Below are positions 10,801-24,641 of a stretch of DNA of 64,000 bases, piece by piece. The notes under the pieces are model-generated. The model was given only the letters and a program-made list of their open reading frames with translations, was not told the origin of the DNA and made no database searches. How positions within the stretch are numbered: the first letter of the stretch is position 1; every line of letters starts with the position of its first letter. Source of the DNA: Octopus sinensis (lineage: Eukaryota); contig NC_043018.1 of assembly GCF_006345805.1 (NCBI RefSeq), positions 20,150,001 through 20,214,000 on the forward strand. Direction: 5' to 3'. A program made the position numbers and the translations under genes.

Positions 10801-11994
10801 AAAAACAAGAAGCTGCAATTACGAAAAGAAGTATATACTTCAAATAAAGTAGGCCTAAATACTTACAAAACAGAAATTCCTCGATAAAAAATTGCATGTA
10901 ATTCAAAGAAATAAATACAGGGCAGAAATAGCAATGCATAAAATGGTGTGGGAATGTAGCATTTAAAGAATTTGCTCCAAGTGGTTTTCAAGATTTATTG
11001 CCATGTTTTATCGGAACCTTCAGCTATGAAGACTTTAACCCTTTGGTATATCATATCTGGCCTAATCCGACTAAAAGATTTTCTACATAAAAGAATTTCT
11101 TGTTGAAAATGGTCAAATCCGACCTCTCGCACCTACCCTACAATGTCACTCCCAAAATAAATGATCATACCATTCAAATCTCGAAGCTTTGAGATAATAC
11201 GAGATTAATTTCAAACAGTGCGGATAAGTAAGGATTACATGTGACGGAGGAATACTTTTTTTACCTTTTAGCTATCAGTTGTTTCAGCCATTTGACTGTG
11301 GCCATGCTGGAGCCCTGCTCTGAAGAAATTTTGGTCGAATGAACCAACCCCAGTACTTATTAATTTTCTTTTAAGCGTAGCACTTATTCTATCTGTTTTA
11401 CTGAACCACTGAGTTACAGGGACAGAAACAAACCAACACTGGTTGTCAAGCAGTGGTGGGGGACAGACACAAAGACATATACACACACACATCATCATCA
11501 TCATGAGTATATATACATATATATATATATATATGTATAATATATATGTATGTGTGTGTGTGTATGAATAGACGCTTTCATCAGAGAAAGATAGCTGTAT
11601 AAGAAAATACCATCATCATCATCATCATCTTCATTATAGTCATCAGTAACTTGTAGTATAAGTAGGTTTTGAGGTGGTAGGATATCATATTTAAGCGGTC
11701 ATAATTACACAAATAATGACGACGATGATGATGATGATGATGATGATGACATGATAATCTTTATATATATATATAGATATGTATATCTGCCTTCAGGGCC
11801 CATTAATTCCGACAGAAACATGTTCCAAGCAGGTTAGAGGATGTGTAAAGATGTACAGAGACTTATGTTAGAATGGAAAGGGGTGGGCTGGGCCGGGGCG
11901 AGGGTGGGGTGGGGGACATAATGTGATATGTAGGAACATATTAAAAAATGCTAAATAAACACAGATAAATTTACCATAGACAAATATATGTATC

Positions 11995-12932
11995 TGTATG
12001 TGTGTGTGTGAATGTGTGTGGTTGATGTGTTGTGTGTGTGAATGTTGTGTGTGAATGTGTGTGTGTGTGTGAATGTGTGTGTGAATGTGTGTGTGTGTGT
12101 GAATGTGTGTGTGTGTGTGTGAATGTGTGTGTGAATGTGTGTGTGGTGTGAATGTGTGTGTGTGTGTGAATGTGTGTGTGTGTGTGAATGTGTGTGTGAA
12201 TGTGTGTGTGAATGTGTGTGTGAATGTGTGTGTGTGTGTGAATGTGTGGTGAATGTGTGTGTGTGTGTGAAGTGTGTGGTGAATGTGTGTGTGTGTGTGA
12301 ATGTGTGTGTGTGTGATGTGTGTGTGAATGTGTGTGGTGTGTGTGAATGTGTGGTGTGATGTGGTGTGTGAATGGTGTGTGAATGTGTTGGTGTGTGAAT
12401 GTTGTGGTGTTGTGTGAATGTGTGGTGTGAATGTTGTGTGTGTGTTGAATGTGTGTGTGAATGTGTGTGTGTGTGAATGTGTGTGTGTGTGAATGTGTGT
12501 GTGTGGGTGTATATGCATGTAGGGTTATCATATTTATAGAAGTATGTGTATATGTACATATGTGTGAATTGTGTGTGTGTGTGTATGTACATGTGTATCA
12601 TATGCATGCATACACATGGTCACACATATATGTATGTACCCAATATGTGTGTGTATATATGTGTGTATATACATATATAATATACATATATATATTATAC
12701 ATATATATATATACATATATTATATACATATATATATATACATATATATATATACATATATATATATACATATATATAATATTAATATATATATCTATAT
12801 ATGTATACACACATATGTATATATGATATATATGATTATGTATACCACACATATGTATATATATATATATATATGTATACACACATCTATATATATATAT
12901 ATATATATAATATATATGTATACCCACATATG

Positions 12933-12972
<40 letters not shown>

Positions 12973-13016
12973 ACCACTATGTTATATATATATATATATA
13001 TATATTGTATACACAC

Positions 13017-13082
<66 letters not shown>

Positions 13083-13100
13083 ATGTATACACACATATAA
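11995..13100. repeat. (GT)n-GAAT satellite followed by (TA)n-rich tract
   Basis: Directly visible. Confidence 0.95.
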
Positions 13101-13292
13101 TTGATATAAATAATAGAGCAAATAAGATTAAGCCACTCATGCGCAACTGAGAAGCCGACTGTGAGATGAAAGGAGCACCCTTTCACTCTGATCCTCTTCC
13201 ATTTATGGAAAGGTTCCAATGAGCCCCTTGGCTCTTCTACAAGACAAGAATCCTACCATGCCATCTTAGGCAGAGCCCATCTCCTCCTCATA

Positions 13293-13705
13293 TACTCTTC
13301 TACTCTTTACTCTTTTACTTGTTTCAGTCATTTGACTGCGGCCATGCTGGAGCACCGCGTTTAGTCGAGCAAATCGACCCCGGGGCTTATTCTTTGTAAG
13401 CCCAGTACTTATTCTATCGGTCTCTTTTGCCGAACCGCTAAGTGACGGGGACGTAAACACACCAGCATCGGTTGTCAAGCAATGCAAGGGGGGACAAACA
13501 CAGACACACAAACATATACACACATATATATATGTAAATATACGACAGGCTTCTTTCAGTTTCCGTCTACCAAATCCACTCACAAGGCTTTGGTCGGCCC
13601 GAGGCTATAGTAGAAGACACTTACCCAAGGTGCCACGCAGTGGGACTGAACCCGGAACCATGTGGTTGGTAGACAGGCTACTTACCACACAGCCACTCCT
13701 GCGCC
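13293..13705 (-). mobile_element. SINE family A, full-length near-consensus copy
   Basis: Reverse complement of the 4157-4553 element, from ggcgcaggagtgg through the aaaagagt tail. Confidence 0.9.
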
Positions 13706-14424
13706 TATATACCTATATACCTATACACTATTTCTGTTCTTCAGTTCCTGTAGTTCTTTGGCTATTTTTAAGGAATCTAAAATTTTCTGCCATTCCTCGG
13801 CTCCTTCTATCTTTCATATTTGTCTTCAGTTTCAGATTGCATTTTGTAAAAAAAAAAAAATATAAAAACTTATTTAGTAACTACTTCATCTGATAGTCTT
13901 TTTCTTTTTGTTTTTTTTCTCTACTTTTAGATTTTTTTTATTTTGTTTTTGTTTTTTTTTTTCTAGTTTTAGATATTTTTATTTTGTTTTTAATTTTTTT
14001 TTCTCCATTTCTTTACTGGGTCATCTAAATCTTTATGAGGGAATTTGGTAGACAGAAACTGAAAAATAATAGCATCCAGCTGTAGAAACCCTACAAACCA
14101 TCCATTCCATAACAGCATGGGAAAAAAGGACTGCTGCTGCTGCTGATGATGATGATGATGATCATGATGATGATGCTGGTGGTGCTGCTGCTGTTGCGGG
14201 CCTCTTTAGTGGGATTGGCTACTTGACCTGGAGAAGATTCTAGCTGGGCCCCACCTGCAAGGTCATGCGCTGTTTATTTTGATTTGAGATCACCATGTCG
14301 CACACATATGGTTGTGATGCATGCGCCTGGTGTACCCTTATCAGACGGGTAGTCATGAGGGGTATACTGGGCTTCGTATATTTTACCCCACTGTCACTTT
14401 GATGGCATGCACTGCTCTCTCACT

Positions 14425-14910
14425 CAATAATAATAATAATAATGATAATAATAATAATAATAATAAGAAGAAGAAGAAGAATGATGATGATGATGATGAT
14501 AATAATAATAATAAGAAGAAGAAGAATGATGATGATGATGATGATAATGATAATAATAATAAGAAGAAGAAGAATGATGATGATGATGATAATGATAATA
14601 ATAATAATAAGAAGAATGATGATGATGATGATGATAATGATAATAATAATAAGAAGAAGAAGAATGATGATGATGATGATAATGATAATAATAATAATAA
14701 GAAGAAGAAGAATGATGATGATGATGATGATAATGATAATAATAATAATAAGAAGAAGAAGAATGATGATGATGATGATGATAATGATAATAATAATAAG
14801 AAGAAGAATGATGATGATGATGATGATAATGATAATAATAAGAAGAAGAAGAAGAAGAATGATGATGATGATGATGATAATGATAATAATAATAATAATG
14901 ATGATGATAT
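14425..14910. repeat. Compound (AAT)(AAG)(GAT) microsatellite with a ~55-60 bp superperiod
   Basis: About eight cycles of aat4-aag3-4-aat-gat5-6, starting at the (AAT)n tail of a LINE 3' end. Confidence 0.92.
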
Positions 14911-15779
14911 CATTAATATGTGTGTGTGTGTGATTATATAGGCATGGCTGTGTCGTAAGAAGCTCGCTTCCCAACCACATGGTTCCAGGTTCAATCCCAC
15001 TGCATGGCACCTTGGGCAAGAGTTTTCTACTATATCTATGCATGTATCTCTGTGTTTGTCTCGGACTGCTGCTGCTGCTACTGATGGTGGTAATGATGAT
15101 GCTGATGAGGATGTGATGGTGGTGGTGGTGGTGGTGGTGGTGGTGTCAATGCGGATGATGACGACGATGATGATGATGGCTGTGGACGATGATAACAATG
15201 GTGATGATGATGATGATAACGGTTGTGAATGCTGATGATGGTTGTGGATGCTGCAGATGCTGATGATGATGAATGATGGTTGTGATGGTGGCGATGCTGC
15301 TGGTGATGATGACAATAACTTAGCCCATATCTAACACCTCCCTCTGATGTGCAACTCTAGCAAAAACCTTTTGTTATTGCTTTTGTTGTAGACATGGCGG
15401 TTTATTGCTGCTTACCAAAGTGCCAAAGTGTAAGACTGCATTGACATACACACTGGTTTCGAGGTTTGTCATTATGTCTGTGTGTGTGGTGTGTGTGTGT
15501 GTGTGTGTGTGTGTGTTTCATTTTGTTTTTCGCAAAAATGAAAATGTCTGAATTAGCATGTTGTTTAAATGTCGTTATTTTTCCTATGTTTCTGTGTATT
15601 TCAAAAAAAAAAACAAAAAAAAAAAAACTTGTTCCCTTGTCACTTCATTGAAAGTGCCATATGTCTGTCTAGCGCCCCTCCACCCCTCCACCTCCACTTC
15701 AGAAGAAGAAGAAGAAGAAGGAAGAAGAGGAAGAGTAGAAGCCATGTTAAAACATTATTGTCATTGCCATTATCACCAT

Positions 15780-16359
15780 CAACCTAATATCACTGCCATT
15801 GTTACTGCCATCATCAATACCATCACCACCAACACCACCACCATCATCATCATCATCAACACTACTACCACCATTGTCATCGTCATCACTATCACCACCA
15901 CCACCATCACCACAACCATCATCATCATCACTACTACCACCATTGTCATCGTCATCACTATCACCACCACCACCATCACCACAACCATCATCATCACTAC
16001 TACACCATTGTCATCGTCATCACTATCACCCACACCATCACCACAACCATCATAATCATCACTACTACCACCATTGTCATCGTCATCACTATCACTATCA
16101 CCACCACCATCACCACAACCATCATCATCATCACTACTACCACCATTGTCATCGTCATCACTATCACCACCACCACCATCACCACAACCATCATCATCAT
16201 CACTACTACCACCATTGTCATCGTCATCACTATCACCACCACCACCATCACCACAACCATCATCATCATCACTACTACCACCATTGTCATCGTCATCACT
16301 ATCACCACCACCACTATGATCATCATCATTACCACCACCACCACCACCACCATCATCAT

Positions 16360-16391
<32 letters not shown>

Positions 16392-16455
16392 TCACCACAA
16401 TCATCATCATCATCACCACCACCACCACCATCATCACTATCATCATCACCACCCT
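15780..16455. repeat. 69-bp CAC/CAT/TAC cryptic trinucleotide minisatellite followed by (CAT/CAC)n
   Basis: Repeated cactactaccaccattgtcatcgtcatcactatcaccacc... unit. Confidence 0.88.
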
Positions 16456-17039
16456 CTTATTTTCATTCTCTTCCCTATCAGCCAATTAAGTCGAGGTGTG
16501 GTGTGGGTACGGGGGGGGGGTGTGAGAAAGCTCCACCCCCACACCCCCACTGTCAACAACAACAGCAACAACAACAACAACAACCTCATTCAAGTAGTAA
16601 ATAATTTGTGCCTGTTTGGTCACATGATCAAAACAGAACCAAAACATAAAACAGGATTTGAGATTCTCTACAAATTCCGATCCTTTCCGTTTTTGCTTCT
16701 TTATTTGTTTGTTTACTTTGTTTTTCATTTTTATTTTTGATTTATTAATTTGGGGGTTTTTTTTTATATTTTTTTTGTTTTTTTTTTTGCCAATCCTCCT
16801 AACATTTTGTTTGTATAAAACATTTTAGATCAGAGACCAATTTCTTTTTTGAAACAGACATACTTCCTATTTTAGGGCTGAAGTGGTCTGGAGGTATGCT
16901 CCTGTGGTGGTGGTGGTGCCAGTGGTCGTGGTGGTCATGGTTGTGGAGATGGTGGTAATGATAGTGGATGTGGTGGTGGTGTTTGTCAACTACTCACACC
17001 CATCCCCAATGTTACCTTTTGCTTCACTTCACCTGTTCT

Positions 17040-18030
17040 ACTGGACTTTCAGATTTTACCATAAACCCCTAGGCATTGGAACCAAGAGGAGTTGTTAGCC
17101 CTTGTCCGAGATGCTACCTCAAGTTTCCATGAGGAACAAGTGACTTCATGTCTCTTTAAACAGGCTAATATTGAAGGGCTTCCTGCACTGTACCTAAAGC
17201 GGTAAGATGCATATTCCAGACTTCAATCGGTCAAGGCTGGCCATTCATCTCCACATGTATGAGCAAGCCTGGGTCAGATTTTTTGGAGGAAGACTGTAAG
17301 CTGCAAATGCATGTCAGTCTGCCCTCTCTGTGTTTCCAATGGTTACTTATGGGAAAAGTCCTTAAATTGGGCCAATACAACTTGGCATCAGATTTGTTGC
17401 AGGTGTTGCTGTCAGAACTCAAAGAGCCAGAACAGGCACCACAATGTATTTCACATTGACTGATGTTGATTGAATAATAAATGCCCTGATGCAGTACCAG
17501 GCAGTGGCTCTCGTGGCTTCTTATCTTAACTGATTGGAAGTGTTATCATGTACATTGTTTTGTCTTGGTATAAAAGATGGGCTAACAACAAATATTCTGC
17601 TCAATACCACAGATTTGCTTGTCCATTGTTTGACCTTAACCAGTTGACCATGTCCCTTAGTGGCTGATGATATGTGCATCTCTGATCATGAGCAGAAGTA
17701 GTGGGGGAGCAGCATAGGAATTCTTTGGGGTTTGAATAATTCACCCCTGAAAACGGGTGTTTCGTTCATCATCTTTAAGCATCATCTCACTCAGAGACCT
17801 TTTGAGTGGGTGGCGCTACTCGGCCTGAAAAAAATTCTGTCTAGAGCCCACTTGCAAGGTGATGCGCAGTTTATTTTGATATGAGTTCACCATATCAGGT
17901 ACGTATGTTTGTGATGCATGTACCTGACGTACCCTTATCAGACGGGTAATCATATTGGGTATGTTGAGCTTTGTATATTTGTACTCCAGCGCCACTTTGA
18001 TGGCGTGTGCTGTTCTCTCACTCAATAATG
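17040..18030 (+). mobile_element. 3' part of a LINE-like element with (AAT)n tail; 3'-end copies at ~14190-14460 (+) and ~43200-43760 (-)
   Basis: Three homologous copies end in ...ctgctctctcactc(aat)n. The 5' part here has a decayed reading SRLQS..AGHS...CPLC, weakly like I/Ingi/Nimb-group C-termini. Clade uncertain. Confidence 0.6.
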
Positions 18031-18834
18031 GTTTCAAATTTTGGAATAAAGCCAGTTCGGCGGTGGGATCAGTTGATTACATTGACCCCAGTGCATAACT
18101 GGTACTTATTTTATCGACCCTGGAAAGATGAAAAGCAAAGGCGACTTCGGCGGAATTTGAACGCAGAACGTAGACAGACGAAATGCCGCAATCGATAAAT
18201 GGATTCAAATTTTGGCACAAGGCCAGCAGTTTCCGATGTGGGGCGAAGTTGATTACTGTGTTTAACTAGCGCTTACTTGATGCTTCCCAAAAGCATGAAA
18301 GGCAAAGTCGCGTCCTGTGGAATTTGAACTCACATCATAAAAATGGACCAAATGCCGCAAGCATTTTTTTTTTGTCCGGCGTGCTAACGATTCTACTTGA
18401 AATTTTAGGGAAAGTGGGGGCCAGTCAATGCCATTGGCTCTAGTGCTTGACAAATGCTTATTTTATTCTCCGAAAGGCCGAAAGGTAAAGTTGACCTCGG
18501 GGGTATTTGAACAGAGGTCGACTTAAGCTTTTCATCGTTTCCTTGTCGATAAAACTCAATAAAATGATGCTACTTTCTTTATTGGACATACAAGAGCAAC
18601 AAAAAAAGCAGAAAAAAAATAAAACAAAGCTCGCCAGAAATATTTCGGAGAGTACAAATTATAATGATGATGATAATTTTTCGTTTATTTTCCACCGGGG
18701 CAACGAATGATGGAGAGGAGGGAGGCAATGCAAAGACAGATGGATGTAAAGCGTGGAGCTTACATAAAACGGAATGATAAGAATGTACAAATATACATTG
18801 TATACAAAAATATTAACAAAATGATAATGATAAC

Positions 18835-19036
18835 AATAGATAGATACAAAGATGGATGGATGGATGGATGGATGGATGGATGGATGGATGGATGGATGGA
18901 TGGACGGACGGATGACGGACGGACGGACGGACGGACGGACGGACGGATAGATAGATAGATAGATACAAAGATGGATAGATAGATTGATAGACAGACAGAC
19001 AGATAGATAGATTGACAGACAGACAGACAAACAGAC

Positions 19037-19067
<31 letters not shown>

Positions 19068-19084
19068 AAGATAGATAGACAGAC

Positions 19085-19115
<31 letters not shown>

Positions 19116-19136
19116 TAGATAGACAGACAGACAGAC

Positions 19137-19175
<39 letters not shown>

Positions 19176-19312
19176 TAGATAGATAGATAGATACAAAGAT
19201 GGATAGATAGATTGATAGACAGACAGACAGACAGATAGATAGATAGATAGACAGAGAGACAGACAGAAAGAGAGATAGATAGACAGACAGACAGACAGAT
19301 AGATAGACAGAC

Positions 19313-19347
<35 letters not shown>

Positions 19348-19490
19348 TAGATAGATAGACAGATAGATAGATAGATAGATAGATATAGAGATAGATAGAC
19401 AGATAGATAGACAGACAGACGGACAGTTGGATAGATAGGTCAAGCAGACAGACGGACAGGCATATAGACAGACAGATAGATGGAGCAAAT
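18835..19490. repeat. (GATG)/(GACG)/(GATA)/(GACA) compound tetranucleotide array
   Basis: Directly visible. Confidence 0.95.
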
Positions 19491-19688
19491 AGGAAGTTTT
19501 GAGTTGGTGTTTTTGTATTTGTATATATATATATATATATATATTTTCTTTTCACGTTTTAGCATTTAAAGACCCCCCCCTCTGCAGTCTGGTATTCTTT
19601 CTCCATCATCACTTGCATCATCTCATTCTTTCAAACTATTCTTTTATTTCCTCTTTCCTTCACGTAAACTCAACAACAATATAACAGA

Positions 19689-19735
<47 letters not shown>

Positions 19736-19811
19736 CTCTCACGCACATATATGCATAATTGTCGTTATTGTATACTTTTCTTTTTTTTGTTATTAAATAT
19801 ATCATTTAATA

Positions 19812-20478
19812 CCTATTTCTTTATTGCCCACAAGGGGCTAAACATAGAGGGGACAAACAAGGACAGACATAGGTATTAAGTCGATTACATCGACGCCAGT
19901 GCGTAACTGGTACTTAATTTATCGACCCCGAAAGGATGAAAGGCAAAGTCGACCTCGGCGGAATTTGAACTCACAACGTAACGCAGACGAAATACCTATT
20001 TCTTTATTACCCACAAGGGGCTAAACACAGAGGGGACAAACAAGGACAGACATAGGTATTAAGTCGATTACATCGACGCCAGTGCGTAACTGGTACTTAA
20101 TTTATCGACCCCGAAAGGATGAAAGGCAAAGTCGACCTCGGCGGAATTTGAACTCAGGACGTAACGGCAGACGAAATACCGCTAAGCATTTCGCCCGGCG
20201 TGCTAACGTTTCTGCCAGCTCGCCGCCTTATATATCATTTATACCTATTTCTTTATTACCCACAAGGGGCTAAACACAGAGGGGACAAACAAGGACAGAC
20301 ATAGGTATTAAGTCGATTACATCGACCCCAGTGCGTAACTGGTACTTAATTTATCGACCCCGAAAGGATGAAAGGCAAAGTCGACCTCGGCGGAATTTGA
20401 ACTCAGGACGTAACGGCAGACGAAATACCGCTAAGCATTTCGCCCGGCGTGCTAACGTTTCTGCCAGCTCGCCGCCTT
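19812..20478 (-). mobile_element. SINE family B trimeric array (two full copies and one truncated copy)
   Basis: Three homologous units; the flank tatatcattta(a)tacct recurs at ~19799, ~20231 and ~20480. Confidence 0.9.
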
Positions 20479-20795
20479 ATATATCATTTAATACCTGAGA
20501 GCTATACACAATAATAATTTCATTTACAAATCCTCGTGTCCTATGTCCGTCTTTGTATTGCACCCCATCCATCACCACCCCATTCGTCGTTCTCGTGGCA
20601 AATAAGAGGACTCATTTATTAACATTTCACAGTATTACAATTCTGAGTTCAAATTCCGCTGAGGTCGACTTTGCCTTTCATCCTTTCTAGGTCGATGAAT
20701 TAAGTACCAGTGAAACACAAGGGTCGATGTAATCCTAAAACTTCGATGTAATCCTCAACCTAAAATTTCAGGCTTTCTGCCTTTAGTAGAAAGGA

Positions 20796-20832
<37 letters not shown>

Positions 20833-21721
20833 TATTATTATTATTATTACTATTATTATTATTATTATTATTGTCATTATTATTATTATTTTTATTATTA
20901 TTACTATTATTATTATTATTATTATTATTATTGTCATTATTATTTTTATTATTATTACTATTATTATTATTATTATTATTGTCATTATCATTATTTTTAT
21001 TATTATTATTATTTTTTAATTTTAATTTTATCCCCCCTTTTTGTCCTCTTTCTTTCCTTTTACGATCCCTTTTGATCGAAAACCAAACCCCCTTTTTTTA
21101 CCCCCCCCCCCCAAAAAAAAGAAAAGCTCTACCTTGTAATTTGTCCTGTCTGTGTGCAGCCCTGTATGGCTAATAAAGAAACATATTATTATTATTATTA
21201 TTAAAAGGTGGCGAGCTGGCAGAATCGTTAGCGCGCCGGACAAAATACTTAATGGCACTTCGTCCGTCTTTACGTTCTGCGTTCAAGTCCCGCTGAGGTC
21301 GCCTTTGCCTTTCAACCTTGGGTGTCAATAAAATAAGTGAATTTGCTCGACTCGTCTGACTACCCGAGTCCTTCCAGATTTAAAGCTCCTTACTCATTCT
21401 TACATTTCTTCTCGCCCATCCCACCTTGGGTGGATTTTTGCTTTTTTCTTTCCTTGTAACATTCTTTCGCTCCTCCTCTTCTAATCTCTATTGTTTCTTC
21501 TCCACTCCATAAACTCTCACTCCAGCGTATTCCATCCACACTCACTCACACTCACACACACACACACACACTCTCTCTCTCTTTCACTCGCTCATTCATT
21601 CTCCTCTTTCTTTCAATCTCTCTCTCTCTCTCTTTCCACTAACTCTGTCCATTGTTTCGTTCGTCGGTCACGTTTTGTCTGTGACCACCCCTGCAGTGTG
21701 GATATTATGTTGACAGATTTA

Positions 21722-21755
<34 letters not shown>

Positions 21756-22151
21756 TAGGAGGTTTAGCTAATGCTGTTTTTTTTCGTTTTTTTTTTTGAA
21801 GTTTTGAGCAAAGCATGAATACCACCACATCGCCTTAACATGCCTCACGATTTCTGTTCCGGAACATCAGCTTCGAAGCCTGGTGATTTGTTACGAAATC
21901 CTTGTTATTCTCGCAGTGTACGTGTGTGCGTTGTGCCTGCCTGCATGTGTGTGTGTATGTATGTAAACATACCCAAACACACCTTTGTGCCTATGTATAT
22001 ATATATATTACACATTAACACACACATATATACTCACACATAACCAGCATATACGTACACATACAAAAATTTGTGTCGATAGAGCGCGTGTATAACATTT
22101 TTAATGCATATTTGTATACCTATGTCGTTTATCTAACTCTATCTCTCGGTC

Positions 22152-22191
<40 letters not shown>

Positions 22192-22279
22192 TAAATATAT
22201 GTGTGTGTGTGTGTGTGTGTGTGGTACGTACCCCTGATAGAAGCCAGTAAAAAGTATATATATATCTATACAAACCTCA

Positions 22280-22712
22280 CATAATATGCTCTTTTGCTTT
22301 CCGTCCCACATCGTACCTCACGGCCGAGATATCTCATTCATAGATTCACTATCACTACTACCACCTCCGGTCACGACTGCCGCCACCACCACCTACTTTA
22401 CTGGATCTGCCCCACCACTCCCCGACCGTATTGTGCTCGCGCTATTTCATTCAGTCTCTCCAGTGGGGGAGGGGGGAGGCTCTCTTTCTTCCTGTCTCTC
22501 TCTCTCTTTCTCTTTCTTTCTCTGATAAGCTCTGAAGACTCCAAACGATATATTTATAAATGTATTTCACCTCACTGTTACCTCCACCACCTTCCGACTA
22601 TCGGTCCTTCCCGTCGTCGGTGGTCAGTGCAGGTCAAAGAAACGAGTGTAACCATCGAACAGACAGACCGCTCTTAGCCGCACCACCAAGAAGTTCATAC
22701 ACACACAAACAC

Positions 22713-22743
<31 letters not shown>

Positions 22744-23620
22744 CACTCACTCACACATTCATACATAATGCTGCCCGCTGTAAACATGTAAAGTACCCGT
22801 GTACCGAGATCGATGTCCACGCCGCACCTCAACACATCACCGCCTTTCATTCATAATAGGAGCCGCTGTGGCCTTCAACTAGTTGCTGTCGATAAATAAT
22901 GTCACTCTTTGCTCTGCTGTCATACCGATGTTCGGCCTACCCGGGGTATGTATATCGCTCTACATGCAGTTTCTTTTTAAGTTTTATACTCCGTTTGTTC
23001 TGTTTTTCTTTTTCTATATTCTCGTCCGATCTCTGTACTAAACTCCACTCGTACCTAAACTCAACTCATCATCGCGACTGGCTTTTTCGGTTGAGTTCTA
23101 TTCCCTTTTACGCCTCGTCCTTAATATCTGTGCCTTCTTTTCGCCTTCCTCTGTCGTTCTTCCTAAATTTTCTCTCCTTCACATCCCGTTTTTCGTCTCT
23201 TCCACCGTCGTTCCACCCTTTATCTTCCTTCACACACACACACACACACACACACAACTGTCTCTCTCTCTTCCTCTCTCTCTCAACCATCCAGCATCAC
23301 AACAGTACCCGAAAACTTCCCTGTAACTGTCAAATGCTCTGACCACACCTCACCTCATTCTCTCTCTCTCTCTCTCTCTACAACACGACGGGCACTGGTG
23401 GCTCTGTTCACACTCGGTGTGTTTTCTGTCCTCTACCGTTCGTTCCTGCTGCTGCTTTTCACATTGTCAGTCGGTCAAAATAGTCTGCCTTCATCACTCA
23501 TTTAACACCCATCCGGCTTCCATTCTTCGCCTTCTTTCCTTCTTCAAACAGCAATGTTCAACTCCGCGGTTTGTAGACGTTTTGTTCATTTCCGCCTTCA
23601 GTGCGAATATATGTCGATGC
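22280..23620. promoter_or_regulatory. CpG-rich promoter-like region with candidate non-coding first exons on both strands
   Basis: Unique sequence visibly richer in CG than its flanks. Plus-strand donor CCGGG|GTATGT at 22946; minus-strand donor-like GAG|GTAACA at 22581. No protein-like ORF. Confidence 0.4.
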
Positions 23621-23671
23621 ATGTCTGCGTGTGTATAAAGAACTCTGTATACATGTCTATGTAATGTTTGT

Positions 23672-23716
<45 letters not shown>

Positions 23717-24179
23717 GTCTGTCTATATGTACGTTAGTGTTATATGTCTCTCTCTCTCTCTCTGTATACACGCATGTGTTTATCTGTGTATACACCCATG
23801 TCTGTCTGGCTAGTGTGCTTCTCCTTCGGTTTTATGTACAAACGATATATATACGTATATAGTTGTGTGTGTATATATATGTGTGTTTGTTTGTGTGTGT
23901 ATATGTTGTATATAAATATATATTTGTGTGTGTCTGTGTATGTATGGTTATATATATGCAGGTTTGTGTTTAAATATGTATGTCTATGTACATATGTTCG
24001 TATTTCTGTGTGTATATACACACAGACACACACACATATATATATATGTGTGTATGTGTGTATGTATGTGTGTGTGTATGTATGTGTTATGTGTGTGTGT
24101 GTATGTGTTATGTATGTATGCATACATGTGTGTATGTATATATATATGTGTGTGTATATATATATATATATGTGTTATG

Positions 24180-24279
24180 NNNNNNNNNNNNNNNNNNNNN
24201 NNNNNNNNNNNNNNNNNNNNNNNNNNNNNNNNNNNNNNNNNNNNNNNNNNNNNNNNNNNNNNNNNNNNNNNNNNNNNNN
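24180..24279. other. Assembly gap (100 N)
   Basis: Run of N. Confidence 1.
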
Positions 24280-24641
24280 AAACAGAGTGACTCGGGGGGC
24301 ACAGTGTGTCGTGCTTGGGGGGGCAATACTTTCGTGCCAAGGCACTTTGACAGAATAAGTTTGGTAAGTGCCTTGATATAGCAACACGGCACTCGATTCC
24401 TTTGAGTCGAGCCTGTAGCAATTTCAGCGAATGAAATATTTGGGGCTTGATCATCCTTGGTTGCGTCAACTGGAAGTGGCTGGTTTTGAACGTCCAATAA
24501 TGGCTTAACTGACCGGAACTTCGAAGTCCCTGTCAATACCATTCTAGTTTAAGAATAATTAATTAGTAATAACCCATCAGATTAACGTAAAATTGTTTTA
24601 ATTATAATTGAGCATAACAACAAAATACACATACACACATA

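Noticed and set aside
11572-11600. Additional hammerhead at a minus-strand CTGATGA
   Set aside because: No stem II or correctly placed GAAA/NUH; other CTGATGA hits lie within (GAT)n microsatellites.
11868-13219. His/Thr, Cys/Val and Ile/Tyr ORFs (also at 18.7-19.5, 23.7-24.2, 28-29, 34-35, 40.7 and 54 kb)
   Set aside because: Dinucleotide and tetranucleotide repeat artefacts.
14321-16740. N/K/D-rich, Ser/Leu-rich and His-rich ORFs of 160-313 aa
   Set aside because: Translations of compound microsatellites and a 69-bp minisatellite; several frames are open at once.
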